The notes below the pieces were generated by a model, which did no database searches, was not told the DNA's origin, and worked only from the letters and a program-made list of their open reading frames with translations. Below are positions 1-8,473 of a stretch of DNA of 64,000 nt, one piece after another. The position numbers and the translations under genes are program-made. Within the stretch, counting starts at the first letter, position 1; every line of letters begins with the position of its first letter. This DNA comes from Bacteroidota bacterium. GTDB taxonomy: Bacteria > Bacteroidota > Ignavibacteria > UBA10030 > UBA8401. Location of the stretch: positions 215,418 to 279,417 of the forward strand of contig JBAYIS010000001.1 of assembly GCA_041665525.1 (NCBI GenBank), written 5' to 3'.

Positions 1-189
1 GGAGGGGGGAAGATCTTCGAAATCCGAATGCCATTGAATCGCTTCAGTTTTTTGCAGCACTTCTGCCATTTTCGTTCGCCGCATCGCAACAATCACTGTG
101 GCAACAATCGTAACAAAAATGGAAAAAAAGATTAGAAGGAAAATAACATGGAACGGTGTCCAGTGAAATTCATAAACCCATGGTAGCAT
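1..189 (-). CDS. Small membrane protein, 5' part only (continues past the window start); first gene downstream of the NrfD-like subunit
   Basis: Absent from the ORF track because it runs off the window. The reverse strand reads ATG(189) MLPWVYEFHWTPFHVIFLLIFFSIFVTIVATVIVAMRRTKMAEVLQK... A GGAG lies 6 nt upstream and there is one clear hydrophobic helix. It starts 24 nt after the NrfD-like gene ends, on the same strand. Confidence 0.4.
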   Translation of the reverse strand, partial: MLPWVYEFHWTPFHVIFLLIFFSIFVTIVATVIVAMRRTKMAEVLQKTEAIQWHSDFEDLPPS

Positions 190-213
190 GATTGACTCCA
201 ATACAGTTAGTAA

Positions 214-1554
214 TTACAATTTTGAAGAGGCGAATTTGTTCCGTAACTGTGTGACAAATTTCGGCTGCCAGAATGATGTTGTCTTCCCGGTTCTTGCGAA
301 CTCCTGCATGGAAAGTTCACCGTTCAATTGATTGAGTTCTTTTTCCTGCGGGAACAGTGTTGCATACCGGAATGTGACAGAATACAGTATCATCCCATAG
401 GCGACAACAAAAAGGAACGTAGCAACTTCTTCCCAGCTCGGCGAATACGTCAGAAAATCGTCGAACGGAAGTGTCGGCAAAGCCAGCGTCTGGATCGTCA
501 TAACGAAGCGATTGAGCATGATTCCGCAGCAAACAAGGAAACCTGCGCCGAACAGGAACCTGCGCTGTTCGCGCAGCCTGCTGCTGAGGAGCACCAATGC
601 CGGCAATAATCCGAAAGTGACAATCTCAGTGAACAGTATCCACGAACCGAACGATTGTGTTGCATAGAATTCGAATGCCGGGAAACCGTTTCCGGGAGAC
701 GTACTGTTAATCCAGATGAGCGTATCGATAGATTTCAATAACACGTACGCTATCAGCATGATACCAGAAACTTTACCGAGGAATTTATAGACTTCCGGCT
801 TTACCAGATTTTTTCGTGTGATCTTTTCCACCAACCAGGTGGTCAACATAATAAAACTCGGGCCTGCCGCTGCCGCGGAAATAACAAACAGAAAGAATGT
901 GGACGGCCAGATCCCCAATTCTTCCCGAAACGCGAACGGCCGCCCCCGCAGCACACCGAACAATCCGCCAAGCGAACCCTGATGGAAGAATGAAAGGAAT
1001 GTTCCGATCCCTGCCAGAACCGGCATCAATTTGTGCAGTTCGAATTCGAAAACGAGAAACTTCGGAATCTGTCGCAGCTGACGGTTCTTCAACACGATCG
1101 GGATATATTCTATCAGCAGAACAATCAGATAACAGGTCAGGCAGAATGTCACTTCGGTCAGCATTGAATGGGTGTTCGGATGCCAGAAGGTAAACCATGC
1201 CCGCAGTGGCTGTCCAACATCCACCATCAATACAAGTACGGCACCGCTGTAGCAAATCAATCCAATCACTACGGCGCTGTTAATCACCGCTTTGAGTTCT
1301 TTTCTTCGGAGTATGTACAGAAGGAAACCGGTAAAAAATGCTCCGGCTCCAAGTGCGATCACCGTCAGGTCGAGGAAGATCCAGATACCGAATGCGAAAC
1401 GGTTGTCCATATTCGTGTGGAACAATCCTTCGGCAAGACAAAGATAAATAGCATAGAGACCGAGCGAAAGAAGTGCCGTCCAGGGGATGAGCCACAGGAG
1501 AAATGCGCCGAATGACGTTCGCTGCAATCCGCGGGGGATGAGAAACTTATCCAT
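214..1554 (-). CDS. NrfD/PsrC-superfamily integral membrane quinone-interacting subunit, long form (ActC/QrcD/DsrP-like)
   Basis: 446-aa polytopic hydrophobic protein with no cofactor motifs. It overlaps the upstream FeS-subunit gene by 8 nt. Size and the MopB-FeS-membrane context fit the long NrfD family forms. Confidence 0.8.
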   Translation of the reverse strand: MDKFLIPRGLQRTSFGAFLLWLIPWTALLSLGLYAIYLCLAEGLFHTNMDNRFAFGIWIFLDLTVIALGAGAFFTGFLLYILRRKELKAVINSAVVIGLICYSGAVLVLMVDVGQPLRAWFTFWHPNTHSMLTEVTFCLTCYLIVLLIEYIPIVLKNRQLRQIPKFLVFEFELHKLMPVLAGIGTFLSFFHQGSLGGLFGVLRGRPFAFREELGIWPSTFFLFVISAAAAGPSFIMLTTWLVEKITRKNLVKPEVYKFLGKVSGIMLIAYVLLKSIDTLIWINSTSPGNGFPAFEFYATQSFGSWILFTEIVTFGLLPALVLLSSRLREQRRFLFGAGFLVCCGIMLNRFVMTIQTLALPTLPFDDFLTYSPSWEEVATFLFVVAYGMILYSVTFRYATLFPQEKELNQLNGELSMQEFARTGKTTSFWQPKFVTQLRNKFASSKL

Positions 1555-2320
1555 GGAATTCCTCCTGGTGTGAACGAGTTAATGATTTTTCTGCCATTGC
1601 GCGGACCCATTTCTTTGCTGAATGATAATAGACTTTCGGTTCAGTCCCGAGGCGTGAGAGAAACCGGAATGAATTTTCGTCCCTCGCGGCCTGTGCAACC
1701 GGGCTCGTCGTGTCATTGAGATCGCCGAACGTTATTGCTTTGTTTGAGCAGGATTCAACGCATGCCGGTACGTAGTCAACAGGATCGATCTCGCGGCTTC
1801 CCTGTGACGCTGCTTTTTGTTTTGCTGCATGCAGCCGGCCGTGACAGAAATTACATTTTTCAACCACACCGCGCATTCTGGGAGCAACATCAGGATTCAG
1901 TTGCTGTTTCATCCCTTCTGTCCATTCAGGATCCCACCAATTGAAATATCGTGCATGATACGGACATGCCGTCATGCAATACCGGCAGCCAAGGCAGCGC
2001 TGTGGCACCTGACCGACGATCCCGGTCGATGGATCGATATCCACCGCGTTTTGAGGACACACGGTCATGCAGGGTGTTTCTTTTTCGCATTGCTGACAAA
2101 ACATTGGTACAAAAACCGATTCACTTTTTGGGAATTGCTCGCCGTTGGAAACAGTGGAAATATTCAACCAGGTAAGGCCGTTTCGTTTATTCATTTTTTC
2201 CAGTGCGGGAGGGATGTTATTTTCCACCGCGCAGGCAACGGTGCACGCTCCGCATCCGTTGCATTTATCGAGGTCGATGACCATCCCGAACTTATATACT
2301 TTTTCAATCGTCGTTTCCAT
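1547..2320 (-). CDS. 4Fe-4S ferredoxin-type iron-sulfur subunit (NrfC/PsrB/DmsB/ActB2/QrcC-like)
   Basis: Cys clusters CNGCGACTVAC, CQQCEKETPCMTVCP, CLGCRYCMTACP and CNFCHGR...CVESC give four FeS-cluster motifs. It has no signal peptide of its own and starts 4 nt after the MopB gene. Confidence 0.85.
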   Translation of the reverse strand: METTIEKVYKFGMVIDLDKCNGCGACTVACAVENNIPPALEKMNKRNGLTWLNISTVSNGEQFPKSESVFVPMFCQQCEKETPCMTVCPQNAVDIDPSTGIVGQVPQRCLGCRYCMTACPYHARYFNWWDPEWTEGMKQQLNPDVAPRMRGVVEKCNFCHGRLHAAKQKAASQGSREIDPVDYVPACVESCSNKAITFGDLNDTTSPVAQAARDENSFRFLSRLGTEPKVYYHSAKKWVRAMAEKSLTRSHQEEFHG

Positions 2321-2323
2321 CTG

Positions 2324-4438
2324 TTACACCTTCAGAAGTTTTGCGGTAGTGATTCTCCAGGTTCCGTCGTTGGTGACTTCACAGAGATTTAAAATATTAC
2401 TTCCAGCCGGATGGGCTGGTGTTTCGATCCCGTTCAAAAGCGGCGCGATAGATGCCTCGATCACACCGGGCCGGATCGTCGGATCAATTTTCACATGTAC
2501 TTTCATCGTGCCGTTGACAGTAGAAAGTTCAGCCTCGTCATCTTTCGAAAGTCCGTATTGTATCGCTGTTGTCGGATTTATCGACACTGTTCCGTTTATC
2601 GCACGCAGTTCTGTTTCTTGAAATACTTTGCTCAAGATTGGCGAAACCTGCGCCGAGGCAGTGGCGCCGCGCCAGCCGTAGGCAATCATTGGAAGTTCCA
2701 TCCCTTGTACAGGGACGTTCACTGCAGAGAGTCCGATGGTGTATGATCGTTGGGAGTGTTGCTGCGTTTTCTCATCGATCCATACTGCGCCTTCTGTCAG
2801 TTTAGTCCAAAAATCATCTGCCGTTGCAATCTCGCGGACTTGGAGTGTGCTATTGTCCGAAGCAATATGCAAAGTCCCGCGTTTGTGTGAATAGAGTGCG
2901 GCAGATTTTTGTTTGATCAGTTCTTCCATTGGAGGGATTTCCAATTGGACATTTAACGCTGTTGCCAGAAGACGAATGACATCCGCTGGTTCAGTTGTTT
3001 CCTCCTGTTTTTTTAGGAGAGGTGTTGAAATAGCGAATGTTCCGACAGGGTGTCCGGGCGGTGTAGGAATATCTTGCAAAGATTCGAAAAGTGCCGGCGC
3101 GGGAATGAGAAAATCAGAATGTGCGGAAATCTCATTTAGTATAGGGGAAAGGCTCAGGATACTTCCTCCATTTAGAAGCATCTTCTTTTGGATCAATGTC
3201 CAAGGGAGTGCATATCCGGAGTCAACACTGTCAACAATCAGCACTTCGATGGAATGATCGGGAATATTTGCCCAATGCAGTGGTTCAGAATTAATTTCAT
3301 AACCCGGAACATCTCTTCGAGAAATGATTCCGCCGGATTTCCCGACATTTCCGAGTAGGATGTTCAATGCAGTAATGGATTTATCGGTTTCACTATCGAA
3401 CGGACCGCCGCCGGGATCTGCGCCGCTCAGCACGATTGGATGGTGCGACGAAGCAAGCGCCCTTGCGGTCTTTATAATTCTGTCAGATTCGATGCCGGTT
3501 ATTTGAGATACTTTTTCTGGTGTAAATTCATTCGTTATCGCAACATATGCTTTATAATCAGACATAGAACGGATGACCTGTGCCGGAACCATTTTCTCTT
3601 GAATCATGATATTGGCGATTCCCAGTGCCAGGAATTTTTCCATTCCGGGAATAATCGGCAGCCACTCAGTGGATTGCATTGCTGTACGCGAGTACCGGCT
3701 GTCAACCTGGATCACTTTCGTTGTTCCTGCATTATGTAAAGCGGTTAACCTGCCCGGTGTCCCCCAATTGTCGAATATCGGAGCGCCAAAGGAAAGGATC
3801 AGATCGGCATTTTCAAGATCGAAACCATAGGAATATTTTTCTCCGCTCGTCATTGCTTTAAGAGTATTTACTGTTACTGCTTCTACCGACGGAGAATTGA
3901 GATAAATTCCATTCGGGATTGAGTTCAGGAATTCTCTATACACGTGAGAGATTGCACGGCCCGGTTGTTGATCCAGGATGACAACACTTCCGTGCGATGC
4001 TGCAATGTGTTCAGCTGTTGCACTCACAGCAGTCTGAAGAGAAACTGCAGACAGAGTAGCTTCGGATCCCTTCCCGGTGAATGTATGCGGATGGACGATC
4101 CGTAATGGATGGTGCGCCATGTGATGTGCTGCAAGTCCGCGCGTGCAGACGGTGCCTTGAGAAACCGGATGTCCCGATATTCCGGTGATAGCAAATGGGA
4201 ATCCTGATACACAGCGTGCGGTAATTCCGCAGCCGCCGGAACAGAGTGAACAATGGGAAAAGATGTTTGTGATTGGACCATGCGCCAGTTTCGGAGTAAG
4301 TCCCCAGTTTTGTGTCCAAATAGATGAATCATCAAGCAATTTCCAGGGGAGCGGGGAAAATAGTAAACCAAGAATGCCGCCGCCGGTAAATTTTAAGATA
4401 TCTCTTCGTGTAAGTGTCTTTGCCATAGTCGTTTTCAA
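2324..4438 (-). CDS. Molybdopterin-oxidoreductase-family (MopB) subunit with twin-arginine signal and N-terminal FS0-type Cys motif
   Basis: The N-terminus has TRRDILKF (Tat motif). It is followed by HCSLCSGGC-x27-C, i.e. C-x2-C-x3-C-x27-C. The protein is 704 aa, with only one further Cys near the C-terminus. Confidence 0.8.
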   Translation of the reverse strand: MKTTMAKTLTRRDILKFTGGGILGLLFSPLPWKLLDDSSIWTQNWGLTPKLAHGPITNIFSHCSLCSGGCGITARCVSGFPFAITGISGHPVSQGTVCTRGLAAHHMAHHPLRIVHPHTFTGKGSEATLSAVSLQTAVSATAEHIAASHGSVVILDQQPGRAISHVYREFLNSIPNGIYLNSPSVEAVTVNTLKAMTSGEKYSYGFDLENADLILSFGAPIFDNWGTPGRLTALHNAGTTKVIQVDSRYSRTAMQSTEWLPIIPGMEKFLALGIANIMIQEKMVPAQVIRSMSDYKAYVAITNEFTPEKVSQITGIESDRIIKTARALASSHHPIVLSGADPGGGPFDSETDKSITALNILLGNVGKSGGIISRRDVPGYEINSEPLHWANIPDHSIEVLIVDSVDSGYALPWTLIQKKMLLNGGSILSLSPILNEISAHSDFLIPAPALFESLQDIPTPPGHPVGTFAISTPLLKKQEETTEPADVIRLLATALNVQLEIPPMEELIKQKSAALYSHKRGTLHIASDNSTLQVREIATADDFWTKLTEGAVWIDEKTQQHSQRSYTIGLSAVNVPVQGMELPMIAYGWRGATASAQVSPILSKVFQETELRAINGTVSINPTTAIQYGLSKDDEAELSTVNGTMKVHVKIDPTIRPGVIEASIAPLLNGIETPAHPAGSNILNLCEVTNDGTWRITTAKLLKV

Positions 4439-4490
4439 AAGTTAGATTAACACTCTGGTAATTGAAGTGAATACATCGGCATCGGTGCGA

Positions 4491-5072
4491 TTATTTGTGG
4501 CAGGCAACGCAACCGTCACGCCTGCCGTTGTCGCCGTGACATCGTACGCATTTGTCCATCTTCATCCCTTCCCAGGTCGTAGAAGAAATACCCGAGATGC
4601 CTGCACCCCAGATATCTCTGCTGTATCCGGAGATGCGGTTCGTTTGATGCAGTCGCAGCACTTCGGTCGCCCCGTGGTCGCCATGACACTCTTCGCATTT
4701 CATCTCACCAAGTGTTACATGCGGTGCATGAGGGAAAAACGCATTGTCCGGTTGACGGGAATACACGAACCACGGTATCTCTTTATTGGGAGTGATATAA
4801 TCATCGACAAGCCGTTTTTCGTTCTCTGTTTCCCCCAGCGGGGAAGCATGGCACTCCGCACATTTTGCGACGACAGGAATACCTTGAAATCGTCCCAGTT
4901 CATTGGTCTGGTGACAATCTTCGCACGCCATTCCTCCTTGTTCTCCCGTGTGTACCAGATGGTTGAATTGTAACGGCTGTTCGTTGGAATAATATAATGC
5001 AAATGGAAAGGCATACCATCCGATGAACGATCCGAACAGTATGCCTGCAATAAAGATGATTTTCGATTTCAT
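4491..5072 (-). CDS. Membrane-anchored pentaheme c-type cytochrome (ActA/QrcA-like)
   Basis: Five CXXCH motifs (CEDCH, CAECH, CEECH, CVRCH, CVACH) in 193 aa. There is an N-terminal hydrophobic anchor. It overlaps the upstream gene by 4 nt. Confidence 0.85.
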   Translation of the reverse strand: MKSKIIFIAGILFGSFIGWYAFPFALYYSNEQPLQFNHLVHTGEQGGMACEDCHQTNELGRFQGIPVVAKCAECHASPLGETENEKRLVDDYITPNKEIPWFVYSRQPDNAFFPHAPHVTLGEMKCEECHGDHGATEVLRLHQTNRISGYSRDIWGAGISGISSTTWEGMKMDKCVRCHGDNGRRDGCVACHK

Positions 5073-6022
5073 TGTTGTTTAATCCAGTGGGTCAAAGGAG
5101 AAAAAAAATCATTATAGAGTTTCAACAACTCCTCCCGCGTAATACGGTGAGCAATATTTGATTGGAACATACCGCCGTCTGCCATCAGCACAGCACCACG
5201 CATATCCGGTTGTGCGGATATACGATGGGCAAGCGTAGTCATCCGATCCACTTCCTGTTTCATCCATGGATACACATCGGCTCCGGAAATCAATCCTTCG
5301 TATGCGTTTTCCTGGTCCTTTGTCCGCTCATTGGTTGCTTCGAACAACCAGCCCACTTTATATGGATCAGAAAAGATCTTTTCCGGATTCGTGCGCAGGT
5401 AAGTGTTTGCACGGGTAATGTTCATGGGGAGCGGAAAGACGAATTGCAGATCTGCGCCGCCGACGGAGAAAGAGACGGTCGGATGATGCGGTCCTTTCGT
5501 TGTGAGGAATGTGATCTGATCGATCGAACCAAGCACTTTCGTCAGAAATGCATCCACTCCAATGTGGCAAACACCGTCCGAACCGACCTCCATCCACATG
5601 TGGTTGGGTGAAAAATACAGATCCGACGGAATCTTTACATCGTCCACGGCAGAGTTGCTTCCGTTAACCGACTGTGCTGCATTACCTGCTATCACCGGTT
5701 CTTTCGGTTGTGAAAGGGTCAAGTACAGTTCACAATATTTGTGACTATCCGTGCCGCATTGCGATAAGACTGATTCTGTATACGGAATGTATTTCGTTAC
5801 AGCGGCTGCTGTGCAATACTGAACGAGTGATTCATGAAGGAATGGACAATGGTCGATGCTCGGACGGTCTTCCATATGCTGTTTCGCAGCCGGACAATGG
5901 ACATATTCGCTGGATGAGCATCGCTCATGTTCGGGTTGCTCTGCGAGCCGGACGATCATTTTTCTGTACGCAGATGCGCGGCAGAATTTGACCTGTGCTT
6001 CACGTAAAAATGGGCATCGCAT
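5069..6022 (-). CDS. Cytoplasmic Cys-rich protein: duplicated C-x10-C-x18/20-C-x7-C module fused to a glycine-cleavage-H-like fold lacking the lipoyl lysine
   Basis: The N-terminus carries two CPFL..E..V..C repeats, with Cys at 3, 14, 35, 43 and at 59, 70, 89, 97. Residues ~135-232 resemble GcvH (SPNHMWMEV...IGVDAFL...SDPYKVGWLFE). There is no signal peptide. Confidence 0.6.
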   Translation of the reverse strand: MRCPFLREAQVKFCRASAYRKMIVRLAEQPEHERCSSSEYVHCPAAKQHMEDRPSIDHCPFLHESLVQYCTAAAVTKYIPYTESVLSQCGTDSHKYCELYLTLSQPKEPVIAGNAAQSVNGSNSAVDDVKIPSDLYFSPNHMWMEVGSDGVCHIGVDAFLTKVLGSIDQITFLTTKGPHHPTVSFSVGGADLQFVFPLPMNITRANTYLRTNPEKIFSDPYKVGWLFEATNERTKDQENAYEGLISGADVYPWMKQEVDRMTTLAHRISAQPDMRGAVLMADGGMFQSNIAHRITREELLKLYNDFFSPLTHWIKQQ

Positions 6023-6050
6023 GATTCACCTCACTCCTCAAGTGTTTCGT

Positions 6051-6344
6051 TTAATTTTCAGAGCGCTGAATATTGCTTTCATCATTATCTTCAGCATTGA
6101 ATTGTGCCGCACGCTCTTTTTCATCGATCCTCTTGCCGCCGTCTGCCATCGTAATGCCGAGATCATCAAGCATGAAGGAGTGATCGTCCTGAAGATGCGG
6201 AATGCGCACTTTACTGCGTACATCGGCAAAAACTTCCTTTGCTATTACGACACCGACTGCAATGATGCATACCACTGTAACAAGGCCAAGACCCGCATTG
6301 GTAATTGTGAGCCATAAAGTTTCCGAATCTATAGTGTTGAACAT
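6051..6344 (-). CDS. Small single-pass membrane protein with acidic C-terminal tail (hypothetical)
   Basis: 97 aa with one hydrophobic helix (LWLTITNAGLGLVTVVCIIAVGVVIA). An AGGAG RBS lies upstream. It is the first gene of the minus-strand cluster. Confidence 0.45.
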   Translation of the reverse strand: MFNTIDSETLWLTITNAGLGLVTVVCIIAVGVVIAKEVFADVRSKVRIPHLQDDHSFMLDDLGITMADGGKRIDEKERAAQFNAEDNDESNIQRSEN

Positions 6345-6545
6345 GATAAGTCTCCTTTTTGTAGTTGTCGCTTTTTACGAAATGTGTGCTGAGGTATTTC
6401 ACAGAAAGATAAGTCAAATTGCATGCCTCAATTTACGCTGCAGCTATAACTTGTTGAGAACATTCGAGTAACGGTGAATTTCTCTCAACGATCAAATGCA
6501 TTTTTTGATTCTTGACTGTGGGAATTTCCTCCATGGTGCGTAGGG

Positions 6546-6661
6546 AAAATCAACACAATGGTCAATTCTGTTTAGTTCACCAGATCAATGTTTATCGGGT
6601 CAATTGTGCTAGAAGAAGAAAGGAAAATACCTGCAGATTGTAAGGTGAAAAAATCAACACA
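6546..6661 (+). repeat. Direct repeats AAAATCAACACA (6546-6557 and 6650-6661) plus GGTCAATT (6560-6567 and 6598-6605) in the divergent intergenic region
   Basis: The two exact 12-nt copies start 104 bp apart. They lie about 110 and 215 bp upstream of the sigma-54-like promoter and could be enhancer-binding sites. Confidence 0.35.
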
Positions 6662-6760
6662 CCGATAAGTATGATTTCCAAAATCAAACAATGCAGTTTG
6701 AGGAATACTACTGAATTGAAAGGAAAACGAGGATTGAGAATATGTTCATATGTGAAATCA

Positions 6761-6776
6761 TGGCATGAATGATGCA
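6761..6776 (+). promoter_or_regulatory. Sigma-54 (-24/-12) type promoter upstream of the sensor kinase operon
   Basis: TGGCATGAATGATGCA compares well with the consensus TGGCACG-N4-TTGCW. GG and GC have the canonical spacing. It sits 36 nt upstream of the ATG at 6812. Confidence 0.5.
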
Positions 6777-6811
6777 ATATTCAACGGAAGACAATGTAGG
6801 GATATACATCG

Positions 6812-8473
6812 ATGAACCTCAAACAAAAATTGCTGCGACTGCCGCCGAAGAAGATTTCCCAAAAACTGATACTTTCGTTTACCGTCATTATGACGATCGT
6901 CGGTATTATCTCCAGTTATATCCATGTGAAGACGCAGGAGGGGCAACTGTTGGAAGCCATGATGCTCGGCGCTGATCAGTTGTCGGGAAGTATTTCCAGT
7001 GCTACGTGGCATGCCATGCTGGCGGATCAGCGCGAAGCGGCGTATCAAACGATGGAGACGATCGCACAAAAACAGGGGATTACACGGATACGCATCTTCA
7101 ATAAGGAGGGGAGAATCATGTTCTCCACCACCAAAACAGATACCGGAGTTGTCGATAAGTATGCCGAAGCATGTTTCATGTGCCATTCGGCGGAACAACC
7201 TCTTGTGAAAGTGGATGTTCCGACACGAGCGCGCGTTTATACCACGCCGGATAAACACCGGACTCTTTCGATGATCACTCCTATCTATAATGAACCATCC
7301 TGCACTCAGGCAGATTGTCACGCACACCGGGTTTCTCAAAATGTTTTGGGCGTTCTCGATGTATCAATGACGCTGGATATGGTGGATGCGGAAATGGCGC
7401 AGCTGCAAATCCGGGTCATCATTATCTCCTTTACTATTGTGGTCGTGATGAGTCTCTTCATTATCTATTTTACAAAGCATGTTATTGATGCACCCATTCA
7501 ACATCTCATCGCCGGCACGCATGCCGTCAGCGAAATGATGCTGGACAAACCGATTGTGATCGAGTCCAGCGAGGAACTGGGTGAACTGGCCCGTTCATTC
7601 GACATCATGCGCATCCGGTTAAAATCGGCGTTGGAAGAGATTAATCAGTTTACGGAAGGACTGGAGATGAAAATCCGACAGCGTGCGGACCAGCTGAAGG
7701 TTGCTCATCAAAAATTGCTTCAAAGCGACAGGCTGGCGTCTCTCGGACAACTTTCTGCGAGCGTGGCACATGAGATTAACAACCCGGTCTCCGGCGTGTT
7801 GAATCTGGCGATGCTGATGCAAAGAATCATGAAAGAAGACGGCATTCCCAAAGAGCGTGTTGAAGAGTTCCGGAAATATCTTTCGCAGGTAGTCTCCGAA
7901 ACGGCGCGTGTCGGGCGGATAGTGCAGGATCTGCTTGCCTTTTCCCGCCGCTCGAAACCGTTTCGAGCAAAGATCGATTTCAATTCGATGATTAAGTCCA
8001 CTATCAATTTGCTGGATCACAAACTGAAATTATCCGGTGTAACCATCGAACTGGACTTGCAGCACGATCTTCCGACCGTTCATTGCGACGGTTCGCAAAT
8101 GCAGCAGGTGGTGGTCAACCTTATCATGAACGGTGCCGAAGCATCGCAGGGAAAACCGGGCGGAAAACTGATGGTGAAAACAGAAAAAAATTCTGCGGGC
8201 GACCAACTGCTCTTTAGCGTGACCGACAACGGCGATGGCATTCCCGAAGAACACCTTTCGAAGATCTTTAGTCCGTTTTTTACGACCAAGGGAGAAGGAA
8301 AAGGCGTAGGACTTGGACTGGCAGTCGTTTTCGGTATCATCGAAGCGCATAAGGGAGATATTGATGTTCACAGTGAAATGAACAAAGGAACCACATTTAC
8401 CGTAACGCTGCCGTTTGACGAAACCACCGTTGCGGTTACACGGGAACCGGAAATAACGGGGACAAAAGTGTGA
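6812..8473 (+). CDS. Sensor histidine kinase with periplasmic domain carrying c-type heme-binding motifs, HAMP, HisKA and HATPase domains
   Basis: Two TM helices flank a ~160-aa loop containing CFMCH and CTQADCH. The H-box is SASVAHEINNP. The N/G boxes are NLIMNGAEA, DNGDGI and GKGVGLGLAV. Confidence 0.85.
   Translation: MNLKQKLLRLPPKKISQKLILSFTVIMTIVGIISSYIHVKTQEGQLLEAMMLGADQLSGSISSATWHAMLADQREAAYQTMETIAQKQGITRIRIFNKEGRIMFSTTKTDTGVVDKYAEACFMCHSAEQPLVKVDVPTRARVYTTPDKHRTLSMITPIYNEPSCTQADCHAHRVSQNVLGVLDVSMTLDMVDAEMAQLQIRVIIISFTIVVVMSLFIIYFTKHVIDAPIQHLIAGTHAVSEMMLDKPIVIESSEELGELARSFDIMRIRLKSALEEINQFTEGLEMKIRQRADQLKVAHQKLLQSDRLASLGQLSASVAHEINNPVSGVLNLAMLMQRIMKEDGIPKERVEEFRKYLSQVVSETARVGRIVQDLLAFSRRSKPFRAKIDFNSMIKSTINLLDHKLKLSGVTIELDLQHDLPTVHCDGSQMQQVVVNLIMNGAEASQGKPGGKLMVKTEKNSAGDQLLFSVTDNGDGIPEEHLSKIFSPFFTTKGEGKGVGLGLAVVFGIIEAHKGDIDVHSEMNKGTTFTVTLPFDETTVAVTREPEITGTKV

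Noticed and set aside
785-1255. Many 60-300-aa ORFs in the track lie antisense to, or out of frame within, larger well-supported genes. Examples are 785-1255, 6758-7339, 8030-8668, 11642-12229, 33327-34007, 45117-46025, 47376-47984 and 59434-59910.
   Set aside because: They overlap genes with strong family signatures. They have low-complexity or Arg/Ser/Cys-rich shadow-frame composition and carry no motifs or RBS context. I treated them as shadow ORFs.
2324-4438. A selenocysteine- or cysteine-ligated molybdoenzyme (formate dehydrogenase or polysulfide/thiosulfate reductase type).
   Set aside because: The ORF has no in-frame TGA. Apart from the N-terminal FS0 motif, it contains a single Cys near the C-terminus, so a Sec/Cys Mo ligand at the usual position is not available.
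6345-6811. A sigma-54 promoter driving the minus-strand oxidoreductase operon.
   Set aside because: I checked every CC dinucleotide on the plus strand of the intergenic region for a GC 12 nt away (the reverse-strand GG-N10-GC pattern). None fits. The closest, AGGCATGCAATTTGA around 6414-6428, has GA instead of GC at -12.
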